From assembly GCA_041548245.1 (NCBI GenBank), contig JBFESZ010000005.1, positions 1 to 41,511 on the forward strand: a stretch of 41,511 nt of DNA. Direction: 5' to 3'. Of the stretch, positions 28,832 through 37,465 are shown in pieces (the first letter of the stretch is position 1; the number at the start of each line of letters is the position of its first letter). Position numbers and translations under genes: made by a program. Source of the stretch: Sulfurimonadaceae bacterium (GTDB lineage Bacteria > Campylobacterota > Campylobacteria > Campylobacterales > Sulfurimonadaceae). The notes beneath the pieces were generated by a model, which did no database searches, was not told the DNA's origin, and saw nothing but the letters and a program-made list of their open reading frames with translations.

Positions 28832-29803
28832 TTACAACGTCCCCTGCTCGAACTGCGCTCTCATACGCTCTTTCTCAACTCTTCTTCTCTCTTTGTCTGC
28901 CAATTTTGTTCTGAAAGCCTTGATATCAAACCCAAGCCAGATCAGAACCGGAGATGCAACAAAGATAGAAGAATATGTACCTACGATTATACCCACAAGT
29001 AAAGTAAATCCAAAACCATGAATAATCTCACCGCCGTACATCCACAAGGTCAGTACAACAAAGAAAGTCGTCAATGAGGTCAGTGTCGTACGAGAAAGTG
29101 TACGTGTAACCGATTCATTGATAACATCTGAAAGAAGCGCGGACTTGATCTTGTCAATACCCTCACGAATACGATCAAAAACAATGATCGTATCATTAAG
29201 AGAATATCCCAGGATCGTCAACATTGCCGCCAGAATATCAAGGTTTACTTCAACCTGAAACAAAGAGATAGCACCCAAAGCAATAGAGACATCATGGATT
29301 AAAGCGATGACAGAAGCCAGAGCAAAACGCCATTCAAAGCGGAACGAAACATAGATCAAAATACCGATGATAGCCAGGATCATCGCTGTGACACCTTTTT
29401 CCCTTAGTTCATTTCCTACTTTGGGACCGACAATGTCAACCCGGCGAATCTCATAATTTCCACTTCCTGCAAGTGCATCCCTGGCCACATCACCCATATC
29501 CGTTGTTACCGATGAGCTTGATGTCCTTACACGGATTACCACCTCATCAGGCGAACCAAATTCAGAAATACTCGCACCATCAAAAAGTTCATTTTTTGCT
29601 ATCAGTGCGCGCATCTCATTGATCGGTGCTACTTTATCATATTTTACTTGGATCACCGTACCACCGGCAAAGTCTATCCCATAATTAAGACCTTTGCTCG
29701 CCAATACAATATAAGAGGCCAGAACAAGCGTTGCCGATATGATCAATGTGATCATTTTTTTACTCATAAAATCAAATGTTTTGGTGTATTTAAAAAATTC
29801 CAT
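28832..29803 (-). CDS. secF: Protein translocase subunit SecF
   Basis: GIDFAGG, VGPKVG, HDV, GYSLNDTIIVFDRIRE, GTYSSIF. Confidence 0.95.
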   Translation of the reverse strand: MEFFKYTKTFDFMSKKMITLIISATLVLASYIVLASKGLNYGIDFAGGTVIQVKYDKVAPINEMRALIAKNELFDGASISEFGSPDEVVIRVRTSSSSVTTDMGDVARDALAGSGNYEIRRVDIVGPKVGNELREKGVTAMILAIIGILIYVSFRFEWRFALASVIALIHDVSIALGAISLFQVEVNLDILAAMLTILGYSLNDTIIVFDRIREGIDKIKSALLSDVINESVTRTLSRTTLTSLTTFFVVLTLWMYGGEIIHGFGFTLLVGIIVGTYSSIFVASPVLIWLGFDIKAFRTKLADKERRRVEKERMRAQFEQGTL

Positions 29804-29804
29804 A

Positions 29805-31373
29805 TTATGCCTTTACTCCAAACCATACTTTGATATTCTTGCTCTTCTCAATACGGCCCATTAACATCTCATACATCCCGTGCGTTCCTAGAATAGCCGT
29901 CAACATTGAAGCCAGGATACCGATACTCATCGTTATAGCGAAACCTTTGATCGCACCGGTACCGTAAACATACAAGACAATAGCGGCAATAAGTGTGGTG
30001 ATGTTCGCATCCAAAATCGCTGATGTCGCATTCTCATACCCCTGCTCTATTGCCTTGCGTATACTTGTTCCCTGATAAAGAAGCTCTCGGATACGTTCAG
30101 AGATAATAACATTCGCATCAACAGCCATACCGACTGTCAATACAATACCTGCCATACCCGGCAATGTTAATGTCGCACCGAAAAGGGACATGACGGCCAA
30201 AAGGATAAAAAGGTTCGCAATCAGTGCGATATTGGCTATCAAACCTGCAAGCTTGTAATATACAAGCATAAATACGACAACCAAAATAAATCCACCGACC
30301 AATGCGATTGAAGCCGCCTTGATGCTGTCCGCTCCCAAACTTGGTCCGACAGAGCGTTTTTCCATCAGGTATATAGGTGCCAGAAGTGCTCCTGAGCGAA
30401 GTGCAATCGCTAGGTCCTGTGCTTCTTGAGGCGTATAGTTCCCCGATATCTGTCCGCTTCCACCGCCAATACGTTCATTGATACGCGGTGCCGAAAAGAC
30501 CTTTCCATCAAGAACAATAGCGAGATGATTACCGACATTCTTCTCCGTAAAGTCACCAAATATGGCACCTCCTTCAGAGTTCAATGTAAAGTTGATCACC
30601 GGCTGGTTTGTCTGCTGATCAAAAGCAACCTGTGCATTGGTCAGCATAGAGCCGTCAAGTATCTGGATCTCTTTCATCAAGTACTTAATACCCGGTTGTG
30701 CAACGTCTTCTAGAATAATATCCCCATATTTCGCCGCTTCTGCATCACTCATCTGATAAACACGGGATTGACGCTCTTCATCCAAGGCCATCATCTGAAG
30801 ATATGCAGCCCGTGAGATAAGTTCACGTGCACGCTGCTCTTCTTCTGCTGTCTTGATACCCGGAAGTTCAACAAGGATTTTCTCTTCCCCCTGCTTTGCA
30901 ACAGTAGGCTCAGCGAGACCGAACTGGTCCAAGCGGTTACGTATCGTCTCTATGGCCTGCTCAATTGACTGATGTTTAGTCTTTTCGATTTCAAGCTCAG
31001 AAAAACTCAGAGAAAAGTCAAGGCCATTCATCTCCACAAGAAGCCCTTCTGTGTTTGAGAGCATCTCTTTGACACTAGGGATATCGTCTTCATCCAAGAG
31101 TGAGAACTCGACACCTTCATCAAGCACTTCAAGTGTATCGACCAGAATATCATTCTTCTCAGTGTAATACTTGATGCTCGCTGCTATCGACTTAAAACGT
31201 GCTTTTACTGCTTCTTCGGTCTTGACACCCAAAAGCATATGTAAACCGCCCTGTAAATCAAGACCAAGCGTAATATGAGCGCCTTTTTCTGTCTTGGCCA
31301 GTGTCGGAAAAGAAAAAGCAATTCCGAAGATCAACGCAGCAATGAAAACAACGATACGATAATTAAGCTTCAT
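29805..31373 (-). CDS. secD: Protein translocase subunit SecD
   Basis: LGLDLQGG, RLDQFGLAEP, VGPSLG, GMAVDANVII; start moved to ATG 31373 after GAGG-like context in the yajC tail. Confidence 0.94.
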   Translation of the reverse strand: MKLNYRIVVFIAALIFGIAFSFPTLAKTEKGAHITLGLDLQGGLHMLLGVKTEEAVKARFKSIAASIKYYTEKNDILVDTLEVLDEGVEFSLLDEDDIPSVKEMLSNTEGLLVEMNGLDFSLSFSELEIEKTKHQSIEQAIETIRNRLDQFGLAEPTVAKQGEEKILVELPGIKTAEEEQRARELISRAAYLQMMALDEERQSRVYQMSDAEAAKYGDIILEDVAQPGIKYLMKEIQILDGSMLTNAQVAFDQQTNQPVINFTLNSEGGAIFGDFTEKNVGNHLAIVLDGKVFSAPRINERIGGGSGQISGNYTPQEAQDLAIALRSGALLAPIYLMEKRSVGPSLGADSIKAASIALVGGFILVVVFMLVYYKLAGLIANIALIANLFILLAVMSLFGATLTLPGMAGIVLTVGMAVDANVIISERIRELLYQGTSIRKAIEQGYENATSAILDANITTLIAAIVLYVYGTGAIKGFAITMSIGILASMLTAILGTHGMYEMLMGRIEKSKNIKVWFGVKA

Positions 31374-31620
31374 CCTCGTACTTTCGTGCAACAGCATCTT
31401 TAGCTAAACGCGCTTCAGAATCTTTGTCAAGCTTAACTTTAAAAAAGCCTTCTTCAACCTTGATAATCTCTACAATTAGACCACCGTTAGTTACAACCTT
31501 ATCACCTTTAGCCAGCGCTTCAAGCATTTTTCTATGCTCTTGTTGTTGCTTCTGCTGTGGACGGATTATGATGAAATACATAATCGCGAATAGTCCGATC
31601 ATCATTACAATTGATTCCAT
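31363..31620 (-). CDS. yajC: Preprotein translocase subunit YajC
   Basis: YFIIIRPQQK, GDKVVTNGGL; upstream of secD; TATAAT at 31658-31653. Confidence 0.93.
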   Translation of the reverse strand: MESIVMMIGLFAIMYFIIIRPQQKQQQEHRKMLEALAKGDKVVTNGGLIVEIIKVEEGFFKVKLDKDSEARLAKDAVARKYEDEA

Positions 31621-31788
31621 TGAGTTCTTCCTTACTAAATTAAATTGCGCGCATTATAGCTTAAGGCCACCTCCAAAAAGCTTATACGCGAAGTGTTATA
31701 CCCTATCAATTCACTCAACATAAATATATGAATATAATTTACAGGCTAAACTGACTGCCAAGTCATAACGAAAAGGGTAAAGGGTTCC

Positions 31789-33120
31789 TTACAGCTGCAT
31801 TGAGAACTTATAGGTAAACTGCAAGCTTACAATATCGTCAATCTTCTCCAGCAAACTCTGTGCGGTTGTGTCTCCAGGCGCTTTCGCTCTCCTGAAAAGA
31901 TAGTTCAAATCAAGCCGGGTCGGACCTTGGAAGTGATAACTAAAACCTAAGGTGGTCGTCTTGAAAATCCTCTCTTTACTCAGGGAGTTTTTCAGATTGT
32001 CAAGTTCATCATATCGGATCATCACCTCAGCTTTGGGATAGAACTCATACATAGCTGAAAGATAGTATCCATAGGCTCTATTGTTCTCATCAGCTTCAAC
32101 ACTAAAGTGCCACTCTTCACTACCTACCGTAGGGTTCACATCCTTTATGCCAGAAAACAACATCCCCTTAGCCCCGGTATATTCGGCTTCTAAACGTAAT
32201 CCGTCCTTAAAGTAGCGCAAACCCGCTCCATAACGTAGACGCGTATAGGAGTGTGTCTGATGATTAGCTTCCAAACTTCTCTTACCCTCCTGATACCAGA
32301 CATAAGACTTAAAATCTTCAGCATTATATCCCTTACCCTTATGAAAAGAACGCTCAAAAGCCATATAACCATAACCCGTATACTTTTGACTGTTTATATT
32401 CCTCCACTCCAAACCTGATCCGTTACCCAGCATTAACGCATACGAAAATGCCCAGTCTTCATCAAACTGTACCCTGTCAAAAAGCTCTATACCCGTGTCC
32501 CGAAATGCTCCTGTACTATTAGCCGGCTCTCCCGTAAAGGTTCCGTTTGAATTGAGTAAACTCATGTCACTTTTGGGAGCCTTCTCCAGAAGCAGATAGT
32601 TACTCATCTGTGTAAAATGGATATAGGATGATACGAAACGGGCCTGAAGCCCCTCTTCACTCCCTGGGTATTTAAAAAGACCAAAACGAATATTGGCATA
32701 CGGGATATGGCGTAATGTCAATGAAGCGTCCGTAATACAGGTATCCTGGGAATAGCCCAAGGGGTTTGTAATACCATTTTCTCCCCATTCACTCAATGTA
32801 AAATAGTTAATCTTGTTCTCATCATCCACTACCCCTCTTAGACCCAGACGTGCTCTGTAGAGTTGAAACTGCTCCTGCTTTTTCAAAGTAGGAGCCACAT
32901 AGGCGAATCCAGATTTGTTGACACCTGAACTTTCGACAATATCCGAATAGTTTTTTTCATATTTAAACTGGGCAAATCCCCAAAACCGAGGTGTACTGAG
33001 TGTGTTTCTAATCTTCTCATTCTCATTTTTTATAAAATCAGGTTCTGTGCCTTGAATCATCAGCCAGTCACTCGCAAAGGCAGATGAGAGCATCATCATA
33101 ATGAGTATCAGATAATGCAT
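31789..33120 (-). CDS. Putative outer-membrane porin (OprO/OprP-like architecture)
   Basis: Signal peptide; RARLGLRG, NIRFGLFK, RDTG, RYDEL, TLGFSYHF segments typical of anion-porin beta-barrels; aromatic alternating strands. Confidence 0.6.
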   Translation of the reverse strand: MHYLILIMMMLSSAFASDWLMIQGTEPDFIKNENEKIRNTLSTPRFWGFAQFKYEKNYSDIVESSGVNKSGFAYVAPTLKKQEQFQLYRARLGLRGVVDDENKINYFTLSEWGENGITNPLGYSQDTCITDASLTLRHIPYANIRFGLFKYPGSEEGLQARFVSSYIHFTQMSNYLLLEKAPKSDMSLLNSNGTFTGEPANSTGAFRDTGIELFDRVQFDEDWAFSYALMLGNGSGLEWRNINSQKYTGYGYMAFERSFHKGKGYNAEDFKSYVWYQEGKRSLEANHQTHSYTRLRYGAGLRYFKDGLRLEAEYTGAKGMLFSGIKDVNPTVGSEEWHFSVEADENNRAYGYYLSAMYEFYPKAEVMIRYDELDNLKNSLSKERIFKTTTLGFSYHFQGPTRLDLNYLFRRAKAPGDTTAQSLLEKIDDIVSLQFTYKFSMQL

Positions 33121-33923
33121 TAATGCTTCCTGGAATCCAAAAACTCTCTTACTGCATCATAATCACTATCCGTTGTTTTGACAAAACTTAACATCCTTCC
33201 TTTTTTAAGCATCAAGCGGCCCTGTTCATCGCTGCTCCAGCGTATAATCCGTTGCTGAATCTTTTCTCTCACACTCTCAGAGACTCTCGGATGTACCACA
33301 AAGAGTGAATGAGGAAGGGATTTTGTTTCATAGATGACCTTGAATCCGTCAATGCCCTTTTCCTGATTGAAAAAACTCATCGCACGACGAGCGGTGATAC
33401 ATGCAGCAGCTTCACCATCTACAACTTTTTGAAGACAGATAAAATGATTCTTGCTATAAGAGATAGTGAACTCATCGAGTACCTTGTACCCCTCTTTTTT
33501 CATACTTGATAGCATCATCTGTGTCACTGCTGCAGCTGCTGGAGCTGAAGCAATGACCTTTTCTTGTACATCAGATATATTTTTATAGTTTGACGCTTTT
33601 AAAACCGCCATTATGGCGGTTAAGTCTTCTGCTCTTCGTGCAATGGGGATATAACCCTGAAGCTCATGTGCCTGGACATAATCCAGGGGTTGGATAAAGG
33701 CCATATCATACACACCCTTGTTCAGTTCATCTTTATACTGTCTGTAATAAGGCTTCGTCGTCAGCACAATAGGCATATTGATCTGCTTTTGCAGATCCTT
33801 CCTTACCGAATCGAAGACTTCATGCAGCTTCATTAACGGCATATGGGGAAAAACACCAAACCTGAACTTCTCCTCCCCCGCCAAGACAATCGAGAGTATC
33901 ATAGCCAATATCAATATACGCAT
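33120..33923 (-). CDS. PhnD/PtxB-like periplasmic oxyanion-binding protein without an ABC transporter
   Basis: Signal peptide, FGVFPH, YDMAFIQPLDYV, LPHSLFVVHPRV, SDYDAVR; ATG 33923 has better spacing to AAGGA than GTG 33926; TAATG coupling to the porin. Confidence 0.78.
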   Translation of the reverse strand: MRILILAMILSIVLAGEEKFRFGVFPHMPLMKLHEVFDSVRKDLQKQINMPIVLTTKPYYRQYKDELNKGVYDMAFIQPLDYVQAHELQGYIPIARRAEDLTAIMAVLKASNYKNISDVQEKVIASAPAAAAVTQMMLSSMKKEGYKVLDEFTISYSKNHFICLQKVVDGEAAACITARRAMSFFNQEKGIDGFKVIYETKSLPHSLFVVHPRVSESVREKIQQRIIRWSSDEQGRLMLKKGRMLSFVKTTDSDYDAVREFLDSRKH

Positions 33924-33940
33924 CACACTTCCTTTAGGTT

Positions 33941-33949
33941 ATCATAACA
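33941..33949 (-). promoter_or_regulatory. Extended -10 promoter for the binding protein-porin pair
   Basis: TGTTATGAT on the minus strand just upstream of the AAGGA RBS. Confidence 0.5.
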
Positions 33950-34025
33950 CCAAAACATATAAGAAAAAATAATTCATATTGAAAATCTTCAATTTAGTTA
34001 TAATTCCAGAAAAAAGTCCCTACAT

Positions 34026-35249
34026 ATGCCAGCAATCAAAACATTTTTTTCTTTTGATGAACTCAAGATGGGTTCTGTCCTAGCCCTATGCTTCTCTGCT
34101 TTTATCTATTTCTTTCATTTTGATTTTTCTTTTTATCTTCTTAATACGCTCTTAGGGCTCTATGCCTTCTACCTTCTTATTGTCTTGAACAGAAAATCCC
34201 TTCTCTTTGCAGGATTCCTTATCGGCCTGCTTTGGTTTTATTGGATAGGCTTCAGTTTTCAATATTACAATCTTGCCTGGGCCATGCCTCTTGTCTCTAT
34301 TGGTTTTGCCTTCATCTATGCTTTTGTATTTTGGATAGTATCCTGGCCGACACATCCTATTTTACGGGCTGTCATGTTATTTTTACTGAGCCTTTTTGAG
34401 CCTTTTGATTTTAACTGGCTTCAACCTGAGTTACTCTTTGTTCCAAGCTATTTCGGAGTTGAAAAATGGCAATACGCTCTTATACTTCTCGCCATTTCTC
34501 TTTTTGTCTACTTTAAAGATAAGAGAGGCTATCTCTTTGTGTTTCTACTGCTTCCCGCTCTTAGTTTTTCATCCCCACAAATACAATCACTTCCTTTAAA
34601 TATCTCCCTGGTACAAACAAACCTAAAGCAGGAGATGAAATGGAACAGGTTTTATCTTCCACGCATTCTGGACGAAAACCTCGAAGCGATTGAAACTGCC
34701 ATAGCACAGAAGAAAGACCTCGTTGTCTTACCTGAGAGTGCCTATCCCCTTTTTCTCAACCATCATCCGGACCTACTAAAGGCGCTTAAAGAGAAAAGCC
34801 ACAAGATAGCCATCATCACAGGCAGTCTCTATTATGAGAACGAACAACATTTCAATGCCACCTACTTGTTTCAAGATGGTCATATGAAAGTCGCCAAAAA
34901 GATGATATTGGTCCCCTTCGGCGAATACATTCCTTTGCCTTCATTTTTAGCCAAACCTATTAATAGGGCTATTTTTGGTGGAGCCTCTGACTATCTTACC
35001 GCCAGTGAACCTACTGATTTCATCATCAAAGATACTACTTTTAGAAATGCGATCTGTTATGAAGCAACCTGTCACCAACTCTTTGAAGACAACCCTTCTA
35101 TCATGATCGCAACAAGCAATAATGCCTGGTTCATGCCATCAATCGAACCGTCATTGCAAAGACTGTTGATGCAGTTTTATGCTAAAAAAAGCCATACTAC
35201 TATTTTGCATGCCGCGAACGGTGCCGGTGGTGGGATAGTCTATCCTTAG
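34026..35249 (+). CDS. lnt: Apolipoprotein N-acyltransferase
   Basis: Multi-TM N-terminus and nitrilase triad motifs LPESAY, KMILVPFGEYIP, AICYE; TATAAT at 33999-34004. Confidence 0.9.
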   Translation: MPAIKTFFSFDELKMGSVLALCFSAFIYFFHFDFSFYLLNTLLGLYAFYLLIVLNRKSLLFAGFLIGLLWFYWIGFSFQYYNLAWAMPLVSIGFAFIYAFVFWIVSWPTHPILRAVMLFLLSLFEPFDFNWLQPELLFVPSYFGVEKWQYALILLAISLFVYFKDKRGYLFVFLLLPALSFSSPQIQSLPLNISLVQTNLKQEMKWNRFYLPRILDENLEAIETAIAQKKDLVVLPESAYPLFLNHHPDLLKALKEKSHKIAIITGSLYYENEQHFNATYLFQDGHMKVAKKMILVPFGEYIPLPSFLAKPINRAIFGGASDYLTASEPTDFIIKDTTFRNAICYEATCHQLFEDNPSIMIATSNNAWFMPSIEPSLQRLLMQFYAKKSHTTILHAANGAGGGIVYP

Positions 35250-35269
35250 AAAACAACAGAACACCTAAA

Positions 35270-35294
35270 ATACCCAAGTAAAGCAGTAAAGTTT
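35270..35294. promoter_or_regulatory. Candidate Rrf2-family (IscR/CymR-type) operator upstream of cysK
   Basis: ATACCCAAGTAAAGCAGTAAAGTTT matches the IscR type-1 consensus ATASYYGACTRWWWYAGTCRRSTAT at 20/25 by manual count; TATGAT -10 at 35319-35324. Confidence 0.5.
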
Positions 35295-35350
35295 AACTCC
35301 CTCTTATCTTCTTAAAGCTATGATTGCTTCATAAACATTCAGGATTTTTA

Positions 35351-36277
35351 ATGAAAATAGCAAACAACGTGACTGAACTTATTGGTAATACACCCCTTGT
35401 CCGCCTTAATAAGGCTTCTGAGCAAACAGGATGTACTATCTTGGGCAAATGTGAGTTTATGAACCCGACCTCTTCTGTCAAGGATAGAATTGGATTCAAC
35501 ATGGTCAATTCCGCTTTACAAGATGGAACTATACATAGAGACTCCACCATTATCGAGCCCACTAGTGGTAACACAGGGATTGCTCTCGCCTCCGTTTGTG
35601 CCGCACTCGATCTTAAGCTTATATTGACTATGCCTGAATCAATGAGTATGGAGCGCCGTAACCTCTTAAAAGCCTTGGGGGCAGAACTTGTCCTAACCCC
35701 GGCACCCCTAGGCATGAAGGGGGCTATAGACAAGGCCCTTGAACTCAATGAAAAGATCATAAACTCACACATCTTGCAGCAGTTCCAAAACCCTGCCAAC
35801 CCTGATATCCACCGTAAAACAACGGCCGTTGAGATTCTCAATGACACCGACAAACAACTTGATGTCTTTGTTGCTGCCGTTGGTACGGGAGGCTCGATCA
35901 CAGGAACAAGTGAGGTCTTAAAAGAAGCGATACCGTCTATTGAGATTATTGCCGTCGAACCTGCCTCTTCACCGGTACTTTCAGGTGGCAAACCCGGTCC
36001 GCACAAAATTCAGGGAATCGGCGCAGGGTTTGTACCCGATGTATTGAACACTAAGATTTATGGTGAAGTGATCCAGGTCAGTGATGAAGATGCTATGGCT
36101 ACTGCCAAAGCATTAGCCAAAGAAGAAGGTCTGTTAGTTGGCATCTCTGCCGGAGCGAATGTATTTGCTGCCAAACAGATCGCGTCGCGTCCTGAAAACA
36201 AAGGCAAAACTATCGTCACTATCCTTTGCGATACCGGTGAACGTTACCTTTCAACACCGCTTTTTTCTCAAGAGTAA
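35351..36277 (+). CDS. cysK: Cysteine synthase A (O-acetylserine sulfhydrylase)
   Basis: IGNTPLV, SSVKDR PLP lysine, EPTSGNTG, GTGGS, PHKIQGIG, DTGERYLST; start moved to ATG 35351 after AGGA. Confidence 0.95.
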   Translation: MKIANNVTELIGNTPLVRLNKASEQTGCTILGKCEFMNPTSSVKDRIGFNMVNSALQDGTIHRDSTIIEPTSGNTGIALASVCAALDLKLILTMPESMSMERRNLLKALGAELVLTPAPLGMKGAIDKALELNEKIINSHILQQFQNPANPDIHRKTTAVEILNDTDKQLDVFVAAVGTGGSITGTSEVLKEAIPSIEIIAVEPASSPVLSGGKPGPHKIQGIGAGFVPDVLNTKIYGEVIQVSDEDAMATAKALAKEEGLLVGISAGANVFAAKQIASRPENKGKTIVTILCDTGERYLSTPLFSQE

Positions 36278-36840
36278 TGCGTCTTCTCGAGACTATTCAC
36301 ATTCTAGATGGTGAAGTATTAAACCTTCATTACCATCAAAGACGCATGGATGAGTCTCGACATACATTAGGTTACACATCCCCACTTCTTTTGAAACTCG
36401 ATCCTCCTAAACAAGGTGAGTTCCGATGCCGTGTGATCTACGAAGAAGAGCTGGAAAAGATCGAGTACATCCCCTATCAAAAAAAAGAGATCAATCGCTT
36501 TAAGCTGGTTCATTCTAATATTGACTACTCTTTAAAATATGAAGACAGAAGTGAAATCGATCAACTGTTCAGACATAAGTGTGAAGCGGATGAGATCATT
36601 ATTATAAAAAATGGGCTTGTCACAGATACGAGTATAGCCAATCTCTGTTTTTTTGATGGCAGGGAGTGGTGGACTCCACAATACCCGCTTTTAAAAGGCA
36701 CTACACGACAACGACTGCTTGATACAAACAGAATAAAGTGTGCAGACATTCACTACAATGAGATAGCTTCTTTTTCTAAAATTGCCGTTATGAACGCCAT
36801 GACTGACTTTACTATCATAGAAAATGCTATAATTTTATAA
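36277..36840 (+). CDS. Short fold-type IV PLP enzyme (4-amino-4-deoxychorismate lyase-like)
   Basis: LLETI, HQRRM, YSLKY, VTDTSIANL, WWTP..PLLKGTTRQRLL; TAATG coupling to cysK. Confidence 0.72.
   Translation: MRLLETIHILDGEVLNLHYHQRRMDESRHTLGYTSPLLLKLDPPKQGEFRCRVIYEEELEKIEYIPYQKKEINRFKLVHSNIDYSLKYEDRSEIDQLFRHKCEADEIIIIKNGLVTDTSIANLCFFDGREWWTPQYPLLKGTTRQRLLDTNRIKCADIHYNEIASFSKIAVMNAMTDFTIIENAIIL
36825..36833 (+). promoter_or_regulatory. Internal extended -10 promoter for the 155-aa gene
   Basis: TGCTATAAT inside the last codons of the upstream CDS, about 28 nt before the next ATG. Confidence 0.6.
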
Positions 36841-36860
36841 ATATTTTATGACAAAGGCCT

Positions 36861-37328
36861 ATGATGCTCTATGATGTACTAAAAGACCGCAGTTATGCAG
36901 CGCTGATGCAAAAACATATTGTGGAGCTTTTAAGTCATCTTTTTGAAAAAGACCAAACCTTTGGTATCTTATGTAAGATAGAGACACTCAGTTTTGAGCC
37001 TGAACTTCCTAATGAGATCACATCTGAATTTCGTCCGATGACACTCTTTTTTCTTGCCGGATATACGTTTGAAAGTGCTCGCATTGAAAAAGACAGCTTG
37101 ATCTTTGAAGCGGGTTTTGGAACTTCCAATATGGGAAGTGTCGTCACCGTGCCTCTGTTGGGAATTATGCAGATCATTATTGATGAAACACCGATTTTTG
37201 TCAACCTCGCCTCTCCGCTTGAAACAAATCAGACTAAACCAAAGAATAACAGAACAGCAGCAAGTGGTGAAAAATCTTCAATGGAAGCCCTACTCTCTAA
37301 TCCTGAAAACAGAAAATTCTTAAAGTAA
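36861..37328 (+). CDS. Conserved hypothetical protein, SspB-like (candidate ClpXP adaptor)
   Basis: Clear ORF with AAAGG RBS; LIFEAGFG..VVTVPLLGIMQI core and polar tail resemble SspB; function is inferred. Confidence 0.6.
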   Translation: MMLYDVLKDRSYAALMQKHIVELLSHLFEKDQTFGILCKIETLSFEPELPNEITSEFRPMTLFFLAGYTFESARIEKDSLIFEAGFGTSNMGSVVTVPLLGIMQIIIDETPIFVNLASPLETNQTKPKNNRTAASGEKSSMEALLSNPENRKFLK

Positions 37329-37426
37329 TAAAGATCAACTGACTATCTTACTACTCAATCAATCGTACTGGTTTCTTTTATACGACAGGCTTTCTGGCAG
37401 GCTATTTTTTTATAAGAAAGAGAATC

Positions 37427-37455
37427 AAAATGAGATTCCAAGCAAAAGCTTGGAA
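37427..37455 (-). terminator. Intrinsic terminator after the LysR gene
   Basis: TTCCAAGC-TTTT-GCTTGGAA perfect 8-bp stem followed by TCTCATTTT. Confidence 0.65.
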
Positions 37456-37465
37456 AAGCGGGTTT

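Noticed and set aside
31700-34020. Mobile-element signature around the binding protein-porin pair
   Set aside because: No integrase or transposase, no tRNA, and no flanking direct or inverted repeats seen
35329-36006. 225-aa minus-strand ORF antisense to cysK
   Set aside because: Typical antisense shadow ORF with no domain features; the other short nested ORFs in the track are rejected for the same reason
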